Below are positions 14,834 through 27,866 of a DNA stretch of 64,000 nt, in pieces. Positions within the stretch are counted from its first letter, which is position 1, and each line of letters starts with the position of its first letter. The notes under the pieces were generated by a model, which was not told where the DNA came from, did no database searches, and was given only the letters and a program-made list of their open reading frames with translations. Origin of the DNA: Lingula anatina (lineage: Eukaryota > Animalia > Brachiopoda); the NCBI GenBank assembly GCA_051362555.1, contig CM120640.1, positions 9,796,001 through 9,860,000 of the forward strand, read 5' to 3'. The translations under genes were made by a program, and so were the position numbers.

Positions 14834-16135
14834 ATGGTGAAAGACATGGCAGAAGCAAAACAGGGAATGTTGAACGGGGGGCGTTCATTCGCTGTCGTTA
14901 AAAACATGAAATTGGAATTTCAGCTGAAAAAGGAGAAAGAATCTATTGACTATGAATTTCGAGCAGAAATGCGGAGTTTGAACCAACGCCGTACATCTCT
15001 CAGATCCCACTTAATGCGGCATGCACAGGACAAAAAGTCTTTGGATGGGTCACGGTCGAGAGGGACAGGTTCTCCGACGAGATCAGACTCTCCGACCACA
15101 TCGGGTGTACATGAGAGGAAAAACGACAAGATACCAGTAATCAAAATTGACAATAACTATGCAGATAGCGAAAGTGGATCTCAACATACGAGACCCCGGG
15201 TGGAATCAGTTGGTTCAGCTTTCGGTAGACGACGAGATAAGACAGGTGACAGCGACCTGCCAGACGTCAACAAACCGGTGAAACAGCTCGTGAGGACTTA
15301 CTCTAACCCTACCAACTTCAAACCACACAAACCGTCGCCACAACTGACAAGAAATCTGCGACCAGAAACAGCTACTAAAAAAGAAACAACACTTGCAGCC
15401 TCTGATGATGATATTGTAGACGAATTCGAGGAAATGAAAATTCGGAGTAATCCTAGATTTGCCATGAGGCGTCGATCTCGCTCTATGACGGATTTAACTG
15501 AACTTATGGAAACCAGTAAACCAAAGAGAAATCTGTCAAGCGATGGCTTCCAGCGACTTATTCACAATGCTGAAGCGAAAATGGGACTTCTCTTTAAACA
15601 ACAGATCACCAGAAGCCGGTCAAGTAGCAGCAGCTCCAGCAGCGCAGAAAACTCTCCTGCGTTTACACGAAAGGTAAAATATGCATTCGGAAAAGCCAAA
15701 GATGATTTTTCATTATCAAGACAATCATCGAGCGTAACCAAATCTTTTCCGCCATTGAAAGGACAAATAGCGTTGTCTCGGAGTAGAACTTTCTCTGATA
15801 GCGGCGCAATAGATTCAGATATCTCTGATTCTGAACCATCACCAGTTACAATTCGACGAAATTTGGGACTTTTTCAAAGACCCAGCACCACTAAAAACGG
15901 GCCGAAAACCCCCCTCTTCAGAAAAGGTTTCAAACTGTCTGACATTCAGGGACAAAATGCTGCAAAAACTGAGCAGGGAAAAATATACAGTAAGGAGGAC
16001 GATCTTTACAACGAAAACGCGTCTCGCTCGTCACGCACCATTCGACGCTATCAGACAGCAAATAACGACATGGTGTATGAAAAATTTGACCGTCATTCAA
16101 AGACCCTGAAAACACAAATCGATCCTAACACATGA
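14834..16135 (+). CDS. Uncharacterised 433-aa protein, single coding exon; N-terminal coiled-coil-like segment then Ser/Arg-rich disordered region
   Basis: 1302-nt open frame in AT-rich DNA with higher GC than its flanks. Acceptor-like ttttctcaag ends at 14830, just before the ATG (implies a 5'UTR exon upstream). AATAAA at 16960. No family recognised. Confidence 0.85.
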   Translation: MVKDMAEAKQGMLNGGRSFAVVKNMKLEFQLKKEKESIDYEFRAEMRSLNQRRTSLRSHLMRHAQDKKSLDGSRSRGTGSPTRSDSPTTSGVHERKNDKIPVIKIDNNYADSESGSQHTRPRVESVGSAFGRRRDKTGDSDLPDVNKPVKQLVRTYSNPTNFKPHKPSPQLTRNLRPETATKKETTLAASDDDIVDEFEEMKIRSNPRFAMRRRSRSMTDLTELMETSKPKRNLSSDGFQRLIHNAEAKMGLLFKQQITRSRSSSSSSSSAENSPAFTRKVKYAFGKAKDDFSLSRQSSSVTKSFPPLKGQIALSRSRTFSDSGAIDSDISDSEPSPVTIRRNLGLFQRPSTTKNGPKTPLFRKGFKLSDIQGQNAAKTEQGKIYSKEDDLYNENASRSSRTIRRYQTANNDMVYEKFDRHSKTLKTQIDPNT

Positions 16136-19100
16136 TAGTCTATGATGATATGGCTATATCATGTTCAGGTCTATTATAATGTTGACGAAAGGCAATGGTG
16201 TTGAAGATCCGGTTTTGCAAAATCAATTTCCGTGCTACCGTGTGTCAGTAGTTATTGATATGCCAAAGTGTTTTGTTAAATCATATCAAAAGATAGATCT
16301 GCATTTTTATTAGAACTCTGAAGAGAATTACCCTGTAATTGATTTTATGAGTAAAATTCAGTAGTTGTGAACATGAAATGTCGAAGTGTACCATAATCAA
16401 ACTTTAAATTCAAAACTGGATCAGGTATAGTGATAAAATCTCAGTTGAGTTCCGATTCGGATAAGACACTCATAATTTTGCGCAAAGTTCATTGTTGCAC
16501 AAGTTTATGTGCATACATAAGTTTTTTTAATGAAAATCCTGATTTTATGTTAAGTGTTTTTATTGTCTGAATCAAAGTTGAGTTAAAGCATACGTGTATG
16601 TATTAAATTTGTACAAGTGTTTTCATCATGCCTCGTTCTTAATGCTAATGATCTTTATAAACTTTCTCTGCATGGAAAATTCATCAAATTTGCACTTAGT
16701 CGGTAGTTGTTCATCTGTCGTTTTCCATAACAGTTTTCACTCAATCAATTATATAAATCATCAATTTCAAAAGAATTTTACATGAATTCCATGAATCACA
16801 ATCTGTTTTATTTTATTGTATTTGTAACCTTTCGTAAACTATCCATATATCTCTTGATCAATCAGGATCTTTCTTATGTATGTTTATTTGAGTCTTGTTG
16901 AGCAGAAATACATTCTAACTGCTGGCAAAAATATTTGTTTTGAACAAACATGACTGGATAATAAAGAACAAAATTCACTTTTTGTAAACATACTCGTCGC
17001 GACTTATTGATTCAAATCACAATGATGAAAATCACATCATATGTTTACACCTGCGGGACATCCACCGCAAATCCGTAGCCAAACAAACATATTGCTGCAT
17101 TGAATTAAAGCAAGGCACTTAATCTTGAAAGACTCACTGTTATTCACTGGGTCCAGACGCGCTCTGGTGATCTTCGAGAGGTATGAGAGTAATTCGTAAT
17201 GCATGAATTCTATACAAAAATGACATTTTGCTGTTTGAAACTGTAATTCTGTATAAGTGAATTTCAGAGTGATTGCCCTCCTTGCAAATAATGCAAACAA
17301 TAATAAAACAAATAAATAAACAACAAAATAAAATTAATATACTGGACAAAATGGGATACAAGAATTCAATACTGTTGGGTAAAATAGATATGTATAAGAC
17401 CGATACAATGATCACTAGCATATTGATGGATGTTCACGTCCCCGTCACAAACTCTATTCCAGGATTCTCACTCTAACTTACATTCATTGTTGACCATGAA
17501 CTATAGTAGTACATCGGTTTGTGTCTGGAGACGAGGTTATAGGTGTGCAGCCCATTGCGTAAAACAGTGCTTCAAACGATACACCATCGCCATTATTACT
17601 GAAATCGGAGAGTATAATTTATCATGATCATATGTTCAGTTAAGTAATAGCTGTGAACTCTTTGGCAGACACCTTTCACGACGCTATTATACTATCTAGT
17701 TACTTGTTACAAAAAAAATAAATATATATATTCGGAAAACTTCAACCCTTCTTCATGTGTATGTGGACTAAAGAACCCACAATTGCACAAAACGTGCACA
17801 TGTACTCATACACGAAAGCAAACTCGCACTCAGCTGGCTTAAGATTATACGAAAGATATCTGGGAGAAAAAGCTGCTCCTTCAATGCCACTATCGATTTA
17901 TATGTGAATTCCTTAAATTAAATATGATAAGTTTTATTTTCTGAATGTGACTCTTTGCTCAATAATTTGCAAAGTGCTGGATTAGCTCCCCTACTCAGCG
18001 GTTATCCCTAATGTAATCAAAGCATTGTATAGCTTTGCACAACTGAAAGAACAAATACTAAAGTTTTATTTTCAAGTTTTTGTCAACGTGTTTTGCCTCC
18101 CGCCCAACTAACTCTTACGCTCTTTTTCGCACGCTTTCGGCAAGTTTAAGAATATTGTTACCCTTTGTCCAAAACTCCTTATTTATTGCCTTGCAAACAT
18201 TTTTTTGGGTAATAGATAAATCTTTAGTGTTCAGTGACTAAACTAATTAAGATTATCACATATGTCATCTTACGGGTGATGTCATAATTGCAATTTGGGG
18301 GAAATAAACTGAAAAATCAGCTTCTCAAATTTCTTCTTTTCCTGAGCACCCACGATCACCGTTTCAACGACGATTTAATGACACCATTTAGACCTCCAAA
18401 CCCTGCCAGCGATTTTTCTTATAAGTCTTAGTTCAGATATTATCGTTGATAGAGCAAAAATAATGCCTTTATTTACCGATAATCTGTAATTAAGGGCTCA
18501 TAACTCCATAACAAAACCTTAAACCAAAATGACGGCAGCCCATACACTCGTAGTCAACTCTGCCAATTTTCGTTATAAAATCTTGTTCAGGGATGAATGT
18601 AGGTCCCATACCGATTGCCAACTCACCTCAAAATAAAAAGGCGTTAAATTGGCTACTAAAGCTTTGAGTTGCCTACGCTTATACAGTGTACATTGCACCG
18701 ACAAATATAAAAGCCGATATTTTACATCTTCGAGGATTTCTTATTGTTTTAAAACACACAGATAGATGCACTATTGAAGAATTAGATATATATATATATT
18801 TTTTTTTGTATCAGGATGATAAAAATACCCTTAATGGATATTCAAAGATTCATAAACACAGCGAAGGGCAAATAATACTGTAGGCCTACATATGTTTTTT
18901 CATCATGTTCCCTTTGGTCTATTCTTCTTCCATCGCTGAATTTTAAGGAAAGCAAGTCACAGGATTCACCCCTTGCAAGACCTTTCCGATAAAATAATAA
19001 GGGCCTCATAAAGACGGGAAAAACATCAGTTTAATATCCTGTTTCTACGTGCTCCTTTCTTAGATTTAAGATTGATTGTGGTTCAATAATTTTTTCACAC

Positions 19101-20124
19101 CTCACCATTTTAAATTTACTGGATCTGTTCGTACACTTTATGGTGGTGTTATAATTCTGCAACATTAACTAAGTTTTGTTAAAAGAAGAAAAGAAAAGAA
19201 AAAGGGAAGAAAGAAAAGAAAAAAAGACCCATACATAATGATAAACTTCCTGGCAGAGGCATACCATTGAAAGAGATGGTGATGACATTGCGTTGAATGC
19301 TTATGCCTCGGGATCAACTATCGCAATGGTAATTGGTAAAATGTGTCGTGTTGGCTCCTCTGATTGTGCGTCTTATAGCATGCAGTGTGCGGTATACAGC
19401 GGGTTTCCGTCTGTCCCTTGTCACATGCTTTAGATGGTTTTTACTAAATTCAACGGTTTATTCATTGATCAATTACAGTGAAGCAACAGAAAACATCTCC
19501 ATTTATCCGCTTTAATTTTTGTGCCATAATAATACTTTGTAAAAAGTTGTACCCAGCTTTCTGTAATCAAAATATTAAATACGGAGTGATGTTGTGGCCG
19601 TTAAGTCTTAGCAAATAATTGTAGCTGTGTTTAAGTTAAAGATGACGTTTAAAATGTAAGAGTTATCCCATCGAAGGGAAATCGTTACATAAACCAGTGT
19701 GCCGTTCACTCCTTTCCGTCCTTGGGGGCAAAATAAACGTAAATTTTGACCAAGATTTTTTTTGCACTTGATATTTTAAAAAATTACTCTTCTGAAACTG
19801 AACTTGAAAGCCTCGATTAAAGAGAGCAGCTGTAGGTCAAGATTTACAGAATTTTTCGGCAAGTCATTTATTATATTAATATATTTTTCACAATGGTATT
19901 TCTCTTCTAAAATATCTTTGTCTTGGACAGAAAACATAACATGGTAATTTATCTTACTCAACATATAAATATTAATAGCAGTGAAAAACTAACTACTGCA
20001 TGAAATATCGGTATCAAAAGTGAAATAAATTGTGCACTGGTAAATCACAGATTATAACTTTTTGTATATTTCAAAACATGTCCTAGAATCCCATTCGGAC
20101 GCTGTGGATGCCATCAATTCACAT

Positions 20125-22554
20125 TCAAATGTGTTCATTTGTAACATCAACAGGGCTTTCATTCTGGTCACCGTTCCCCGTGATATTCGCATCTGTTTGA
20201 GCAATATCAGTTTCATCTTCTTTTTCAATATTTTCTTTAAGCTCCATATCTTCTTGGTTTGATAATTGCATCGAGTCTACTGGAGCCATGTCAGTTTGGT
20301 TGGTTGTAAATTGCACCTTAACATTAAATTGAGCAGTGTAATTTTCGTCTACGCTATTGAGACTGTCATTCAAATCCATGTTTTCGTGGTTCCCGGACAA
20401 CTGCTGTCCATTTTCTGAGAAGACCTGTGATTGTCCTTGGATTGCAACTGTGTCATCCGCTTCTTTGCTCTGTTTGCTTTGTGCGTTACTATCAGTGTCA
20501 GTGAACTCTACGGAGTTAGCTTTGGTGATGTTGTGATTTGTTTCGTTAGACACTCGGGGAGTCCCGTCGTAGGGTCCCTCAAACATAGCAAAATGTTGTC
20601 CGTTATTTGTACCCTTTGACAAATGAAGTTCCCGGGGTCCCCCTTCTTCCTCCACCACTTCCTCTTGTCTCTGGCTGGCTATGCTTCTATATGCCACGTT
20701 TCTCGTATCAAGTCTATATAATGGTGTTCCAATAGGCACTCGAGACGCCGCCGTGCCCATTCGATGGGTCTCTTCTGTTACCTCAGAAAATCGCTCTGAG
20801 TCATCAACTACAGTTCTTTTGCCGTCGGAGAACACTTCAAGTTTTGTGAATTTTCTCAGAACAGATTTGGGTTTCTTGATACTTTTTGTAGGCGACGGAG
20901 CACCGGCAGAAGGCGTATTATTGCTGAACTGAACAAACCGCTTCGTCGGCGAGGCCGATTCTTGAGCAGTGTTGGTCATGCTGTCTGCCCGTTCATCGTT
21001 TTGAATATTTTTGGTATTCTCAGCATTTGAGTTGTCAAACTTTAGCTTGTATGGAATAGTTATGTCTGCCGTGCTATTGACGCCCTTTGCAGCGGCATTA
21101 TCCCTTTCCAAAGCTAACACAACAACTTTAGCCTTCGTGTTCTCCCTGTGCCCTTTATTCTTAGTGAAACCATCAGCTGAAGTTTTACTGTGATACACAT
21201 AGTGGTGATTTTCTTCTTTTTCGCTGCGGTTCGATTTGCTGCCACTGCTGTTTTGGTTATCTCCTTTTACGTCGTATTTATTGCTTGGTGAACATCGATG
21301 AGCTGCTATTGTTAAGTCAGTTTTTTCCTTGGTTTCTGTTTCGTGGCGATTTTTTTCTTCAAAATCTGAGCGTGACAGTCTTCTCGGGGTTGACGCGGTC
21401 GATTGGACTATTGATGATACTTTCGATTTTACATTTGATAAGTCCAGCGGACTAGCGTTTTTATGAATATCTCTATGAGCTCTAGTCTGCTGTTCGTTCA
21501 TTTGATATTTCTTCATTTTTAGATTTAGATTTGATTTCTGTCTGAGCCTGTACTCATCGCGGTCGATTTCAAATGTCTTCTCAAGACTTTTCTGTTCCCT
21601 CAGACTTTGATACTTTTCCGCCAGCTCTTGCGTCGGTTTGATGTTAGGAAGGGCAGGTCTTTCATGCGCCATGCTTAAAGAAGCATTGCTGCCATGCATC
21701 GCACTGTTTTTATCATCACCCCTGATATGAAATTGAGCCTTTGATAAATGAGCTTGACTATGAGCGTGTTTATGAAGATTCGAGTGTATATTTTGCTGCT
21801 GGTCGATGTGCCTATTCTCATTCTCCACGGAGTCCCGATAAACACGGTTATTAGGGTCACTTTCAACCTCGATACGTGGAATCTCAGGTAAAATAGTTCT
21901 TGGTTCCTTATCGATTGTCTCTGGTGCAGCGCGTGGTCTCACCATGTTACTTTTGTGTATGGGCGGCAGGGAAGTCAAAAAGGCCGAAGGCTCTTGCCTT
22001 TCATCTAGCCCTTCTATATTTCTATTCATTGTCCCGTTATGTCCACCTCTGCTGTGATCACTGTGGGCCATCTGCAGTTTTGGAAGACCTGCGTGTTTTG
22101 AGAGTGACTCTGACACATAAACGGTGGCTTTTGACCCCCGCCTCTGCTTTCTCGCTAACGTAGGCAACGTCACATATACAGCGCCTAGGTTGGACGGATT
22201 ATCTACACGATGAATCCCTGTTCTTTTATAGTTATTCAAAAACGATGAAATCAATTTCTGTTTTGAGTTAGAATTGTACCATTGTCTGGGATTCGTGTAA
22301 TCGGCATCCCCCAGAAGACCTGGGTTACTTTTGATATACAAGTCTCGGGCTGTGAGCCCACCTTGGTATTTCTGATGATCTTCCATTATAGATCTTTCGA
22401 TATTTCTGCGAAAATTGTCGAAATTTACGACAGGTCCGCGGTAGAGTTCGGGAGACGAAGCGGGCGCTTGGATTAGATTACTTCTCTGCCGTAGCGTCAG
22501 CAACTCCCTTGCTTGGGCTCGGGTCCGTCCCGCACGGCGTCGCCCGCCGGCCAT
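20125..22554 (-). CDS. Uncharacterised 809-aa largely disordered protein (basic N-terminus, acidic C-terminus); true 5' structure uncertain
   Basis: 2430-nt open frame. Strong acceptor (tattttctctgttgtttcag) with exon starting 22561 and an in-frame TGA just before ATG 22554. AATAAA (minus) at 19867-19872 and 19457-19462. Confidence 0.88.
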   Translation of the reverse strand: MAGGRRRAGRTRAQARELLTLRQRSNLIQAPASSPELYRGPVVNFDNFRRNIERSIMEDHQKYQGGLTARDLYIKSNPGLLGDADYTNPRQWYNSNSKQKLISSFLNNYKRTGIHRVDNPSNLGAVYVTLPTLARKQRRGSKATVYVSESLSKHAGLPKLQMAHSDHSRGGHNGTMNRNIEGLDERQEPSAFLTSLPPIHKSNMVRPRAAPETIDKEPRTILPEIPRIEVESDPNNRVYRDSVENENRHIDQQQNIHSNLHKHAHSQAHLSKAQFHIRGDDKNSAMHGSNASLSMAHERPALPNIKPTQELAEKYQSLREQKSLEKTFEIDRDEYRLRQKSNLNLKMKKYQMNEQQTRAHRDIHKNASPLDLSNVKSKVSSIVQSTASTPRRLSRSDFEEKNRHETETKEKTDLTIAAHRCSPSNKYDVKGDNQNSSGSKSNRSEKEENHHYVYHSKTSADGFTKNKGHRENTKAKVVVLALERDNAAAKGVNSTADITIPYKLKFDNSNAENTKNIQNDERADSMTNTAQESASPTKRFVQFSNNTPSAGAPSPTKSIKKPKSVLRKFTKLEVFSDGKRTVVDDSERFSEVTEETHRMGTAASRVPIGTPLYRLDTRNVAYRSIASQRQEEVVEEEGGPRELHLSKGTNNGQHFAMFEGPYDGTPRVSNETNHNITKANSVEFTDTDSNAQSKQSKEADDTVAIQGQSQVFSENGQQLSGNHENMDLNDSLNSVDENYTAQFNVKVQFTTNQTDMAPVDSMQLSNQEDMELKENIEKEDETDIAQTDANITGNGDQNESPVDVTNEHI

Positions 22555-24033
22555 AAATCATCTGAAACAACAGAGAAAATACACCTTATCTCAGTGTATA
22601 TCAAATGGATAAAAAATTGTATCGAACTTTTGACTTTAATAATGAATAAATGTATCGATCTTGATGTCCACTTCCAGTTAAATTCACCTATCATAATGTT
22701 CTTTTTTAGCAAAAACAGCGGATGTATCCAAAAGTAACAAGCTTTTCATCATCGTTATATAAATTCATGTTTTAATGGCCAAAGAGAATGCGCTTTTATC
22801 TACAAGTACCATTATGTTGGGTGAATAAAACACAATTACGTTATTAAAACTCATCAATTATCTATGATTATTCAATGCCATTTCACTCCGATATTTGTCA
22901 CCATATTTCCTCTGGCGAATAGCAGTTTGATCCTATATCTTTACTAACATCACTGTCGTGATTAATTTATAAATAGCAGTCCACAAACGCCGCGCAAGAA
23001 GGAAGCGTTTTGAAGTTCCAACTGTAATTTCTTAGAAAAGTCGATTGATTACTGGCTAATTTTTCCTCTACACACTAGCAAACTGGTCTCAGCCTCTATT
23101 TCTATCATAACACATGCCTTCACATCTCCTAGGAATTTATCTTTCAGACTTCTTAAATATAATAATTTTGTTAACCCTTTGTGAGACCCCTACACATCAG
23201 TCACTAAAACTTTTTCTGTCGGACCCTCTACCGGGACCACAGATTAGTTTTCACAAGATATTCACAGATATATCTCTGGTTTAATTGACAGTACCGTCGT
23301 AATTCTGTGCACTCTAAGAGAAAAAGTCCACAATATAATATGGGGCCCTGGTAGACGGTAGCTTTAGATAGAGGACAGTGTCATAGAGACAATCAAATGA
23401 TCTTATGTACGAAAGTCTGAAATAGGCAACAATCCAGAAGACTCCAAAGCACTTTGACATTGGAAATTTACACTTGCATTCTTGCATAATATTTCGCATG
23501 GTTATTTCATCAAAAGTTTTATGCAACTGGAATTTTGTGAAATTATTGTGAAAAAAATTGAAAATATGATATTGTTAAGTTCTGGGCCTTTTTTTCTGCC
23601 CAGTTAACGAGTTTGTTTGCATATCTGGAATACTTATCTACTTGAAAATTCAACAAATCTGATCTATCGCACTTTTACAATGATAATTATGTTTGAAGAA
23701 GATACCAGTAGAAAGGCACAAATAAAGGAGATTTCTGGTGCAAAACGTTAGAGCCTCGTAAGTTAATAGCCACTTTCTAAATCTGTCGAATCGACGATGA
23801 ACACAAATAGGCACTCTGTATTGGCAACCGATAAAAAAATATGAAAAATAAAGTATTTGCCGTAGATAATGTATTAAGTTATTTCTGGACCTAAAGAGTC
23901 TTTAGATACCACATATCGTTCAAGTCTCCCTAAACATCTCTATCTCGTATTTATCTCTGGATCTCTCCTCCTTAAACTGTTTTACTAACCCCCCAAGTTT
24001 CACCTTCTCAACAGTTATCATATCTTGTCTCAC

Positions 24034-24120
24034 CTTAACAAGCTTTTCAGGTAGCACTCTGCGTATATGGTCTCCATTAGGAGATAACTGAGATATGATA
24101 AACTCTTTTCGTAAGGACAT
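24034..24120 (-). CDS. Candidate upstream coding exon of the 809-aa locus (MSLRKEFIISQLSPNGDHIRRVLPEKLVK)
   Basis: ATG with A at -3, 29 codons, then donor AAG|GTGAGA in phase 0. The nearest clear downstream acceptor is 22561. No transcript evidence available. Confidence 0.4.
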
Positions 24121-25215
24121 ACTTCTGACACTTGCCAACTACTCTTGTGGAAATGATTAATAAACAGCTGTATCGAGCTGTTTCTTCGGTTTATCAAGCA
24201 GAAAGTCTGTATCTAAGGAGAGCCGAGGCTGGGTTGTATTGATCCGAGCGCAATCGTTTATTCAGACAATTGATTAGGGCTCTTAACCTCATACGCTTCG
24301 TGTTGCTCTTTCGCGAGTAGATATTTTCTTTCGCTGGGCAAGCAAATAGAATGGCTAAATAAAGCTTTTCATTTCGATTATAATGTCCCGGTAGCTATTA
24401 TGTCGATTAGATTGTTAGACCCACTGTATCGCAGGGCTATCATAACTTAATCATAACTAAGCATTCATTTTTTTTTACCGTTAGTCAACACTAAATAGGA
24501 CCTAGCCCTTTGACATTTTTGTCCATTTTTTTCAGGTGGGTTTCCATCAATCATTTCACACAGCAAACTTAACCTAAAACACCTGCCAACGCTAGGCTTC
24601 TTTTTTTTTTTTTGCGTGCAATGCTACATTTTGTTAACAAATATTTATCTAAGATTTCCATTTCATGAAAACACAATTACCTGTCCGATATATTTCAGCT
24701 GTGATATAAGACGCAGACAAGTAACTTATGCATTGAAAAACACCTCCGTTTATTCACTGTGTTATGTTTCTTTAAGGGACCATTATCTAATAATTTAGTA
24801 AACTGATACACGTATCATAACTACCACTCTAATGTGTATGTCACCGAGAATAAAAATCGACATGAAACGTCAGCATTTTGGTACGGTGACAAACTAAAGC
24901 CTTTTCGATTTTGAAAATTAAAGGCGAAGTAAAATTTTACGTATAAGTGGAAATGAAAATACAATATAATGCAACAAAATGTATGCCCAATTTTTGTTCT
25001 CGCAATGTTCATCTGTTTGTCTTGTATTAACCATAATGGCAAACGGATTTTATTTGTTAAATCAACCATATTCGTGCATAGACAAATATGTCCTACCTTT
25101 AAATATATATTACATACTGGTCTAAGACGAGCTGATATGATATGCCATATAACGATATGTAGCTAAGGAATCACGTAACAAATGGGCCTCCTTTTTTCAT
25201 GTCATCTCGATTTAA

Positions 25216-26381
25216 GGATGTAGATAACAGGGGTAGCTATCTTCTAAACCGGCCAAGATATACCAACATGTTACATATCAATAGAAAGCTTATTTCAACA
25301 GCTCTTCATTTCATATCCTTATTTTATTATGTAATCGTTACGTAATGAGATATAATGCTTAATAGGTGTGCTCAACATGATCTTTACACCTTAAAAACTA
25401 GAAGTCCACTACAAATGGACATGTGTAGACAGCTTGACTCATGAGCCCTCATAGGGATCAACAAGAATGCGCCTCAAATTAGCGATATGTGTTAAATTAG
25501 CAGAGATATCAAAATAAACTTGGTTTCCAGTTCAACGAGACCCCCTAGCCTAACTAAAGCATGCCTAAGTTGAAAACGGAGCTGATGTTATGAAATCCCA
25601 GACACATACTTTCAGACAAACCTTAGATCTAACGAATGAATACCAGCTTTCATCAGTTGAAAGTTCTAATTAATTTTGACACTGGTCTATATCGTTCTCT
25701 TGAAGCCATAAACTGAAGCAGAGAAATCAGCCTTTTAGTGCTCCCCGGAGATTCCAACGTTATATAATCAGTGAGCTGCATTGGCAAGCTGAGAAATTTA
25801 GTTATTTATACTGGTTCAGCCCTCTACTCACTGCCTATGTAACTGTCACTATGTCTTTCATCCATTTTCAACATTAATATTGAACATTTTCAACCGGAGG
25901 CCCCCTCCATGCATTGACAGCAGCCACCATGTTAGTCGTGACGTCAGCATTCTTCACCACGTGACACCTAGGGGGAGTGCCTTTGCCCATATACGTCTCA
26001 TCTATATGTCTGCTTTTTAAAGCTTTAATAGATCGGCAGAATTAAGTTCACTGATAAATTCAAAATGAAAAGTATTGTTTGGCAAGTGAAAGCGCGACGT
26101 TACTCACAGAATGTGATAGGCTTAGCAGCAATCTAGTACGGGAAATATACAGCTGCACAGTGGAGCTGCCAATCAAACACATATATGGACAAGTGTGACC
26201 TACTTTAAAACTCAGACACGCTACCACAGGGGTAAATCAGCAATTAGGCTAAAATTACGGGTTTATTTGTAAACTTCCATTATTTTAAGATAGGCTGATA
26301 TGTAGTTGATATTTCATCTATCTAATACTGACAAATTCAGAAAAACACCCAAATTTTGACAATTTACTGTTATCTACATCC
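25216..26381. mobile_element. Non-autonomous DNA transposon with 15-bp TIRs and TTAA target-site duplication (Kolobok-like)
   Basis: ttaa-GGATGTAGATAACAG at 25212-25230 and CTGTTATCTACATCC-ttaa at 26367-26385 form a perfect inverted repeat. 1166 bp, no ORF of 60 aa or more. TTAA TSD with purine-purine 5' termini fits Kolobok better than piggyBac (CC termini). Confidence 0.75.
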
Positions 26382-27866
26382 TTAAAGTGAAAAGTTAAAT
26401 ATTTACTTCAGATTTTGTAAAGTACTGCCAAAAGGAGCAACAAGTCAGTTTATGTACAATGCTAATGACTTTTCCGTGCAGCTGTAAAAGGTATATTATT
26501 CTGATGCAAACAGTGGGTCTGAACTTGATCTCCCTCGTTGAAATTATTCAACAAAAAAGAATGAATACCCCCTCAGCGTTGCGTAAGTCAAAACCATTAC
26601 AGCTGATAATACACAGACTTAGCTGGTAACGACCCTCCATGGGGCGATTAGTGTAGCATTAAATCTTTAAGTCCATAAAAAGAACTTATAGGCTGCGTAC
26701 ACATTACACCTTTGACTTTCAAAAATTGGAATTGTTTCATATGTCCTAGTTTAGACAAATATATTACTGTGGAAATAAATGTCACGCAAAACTTCACAGA
26801 CCTATGAACCCGAGCAAAAAAGATGATAGCGGTGATATAAGTCAGTGCTAAATACTAAGATAACTTACTGCTCGAGTGTCTGTTTAATATGACTTCGTCT
26901 GACATGTGAAATAAGTCGGTGATGGTGCAGTTTTCAAGTTTTTTAAAACTAATGCTGTATATCAAACTTTGCAATTTAAGCCTCCCCAATATAATTAAAA
27001 GAAGAACTTACGGAGCTTTTCACTACATTCCGTGATAAACAAAACACACTGCGTTCCTGTTCCTACCCCTACCTCCCACACAGAATGTTTAACTCTCTAC
27101 TGTGGTTTTAGTAACACCAGGCATCCTTTTTGCTACTACCCCCTTTCCTTCTTCTTATCGTCAGCGCTCCAAGGTTTAAGGCACTTTACTTTGGGATTTG
27201 ATTATCTCCAAAATGAATGTTTTGTTCGAGTGTTTTATAGATAAATTGCCTCTATTGGTGAACGCCTTGTCAAATTTACGGCAATATGTCAAGGCGGATT
27301 CTTTTTTCTTTTGAAAACATGGACCAACCGATGAAATTATCTTAAAACTTGCAAATTACAAAGAGAAATAAAGTAACAGTCATGCAGGAAAAGAGTAAAA
27401 AATCGCAACTGTGCCCACTTCTGTTTACTTTGCAGATGATGTAAGCATTTTTTCTGAACTAAACTGGAACCCAATTTGATTAACTCTTCTGTACTACCTA
27501 CATGTAATAGTCAGTTGTGAAGAGTCGAAAGCAATTTAACAGAGTTATCTATGTTAAGTTAAAGTAGAATACCTACCTCATTTCAAAGCACCCCACAGAT
27601 CGATTTATGTTAAGAAATAGTTTCGTTAAACTCTCAACAAGAATAATTTAAGGCAGTACAATTCTACTAGAATAGTTGAGTTCGCCCGGTCATGAAATCC
27701 TTTTATTTCGTCTATTATTCTTTAATTTGAGCCCAATACTGTAGCATTGGGGTCGCCATTGTCCCGGTTGCTGGGGATTGACCCTAACGTAAACACCCAA
27801 ATTTTATAATTCAATTGTGTACACATAATGATAAACTTAAGGCCGAATAGTTATCCATTTACTTAC

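Noticed and set aside
23171-23540. TTAA-CCCTTT piggyBac-like left end and MITE-like sequence
   Set aside because: No matching right TIR found.
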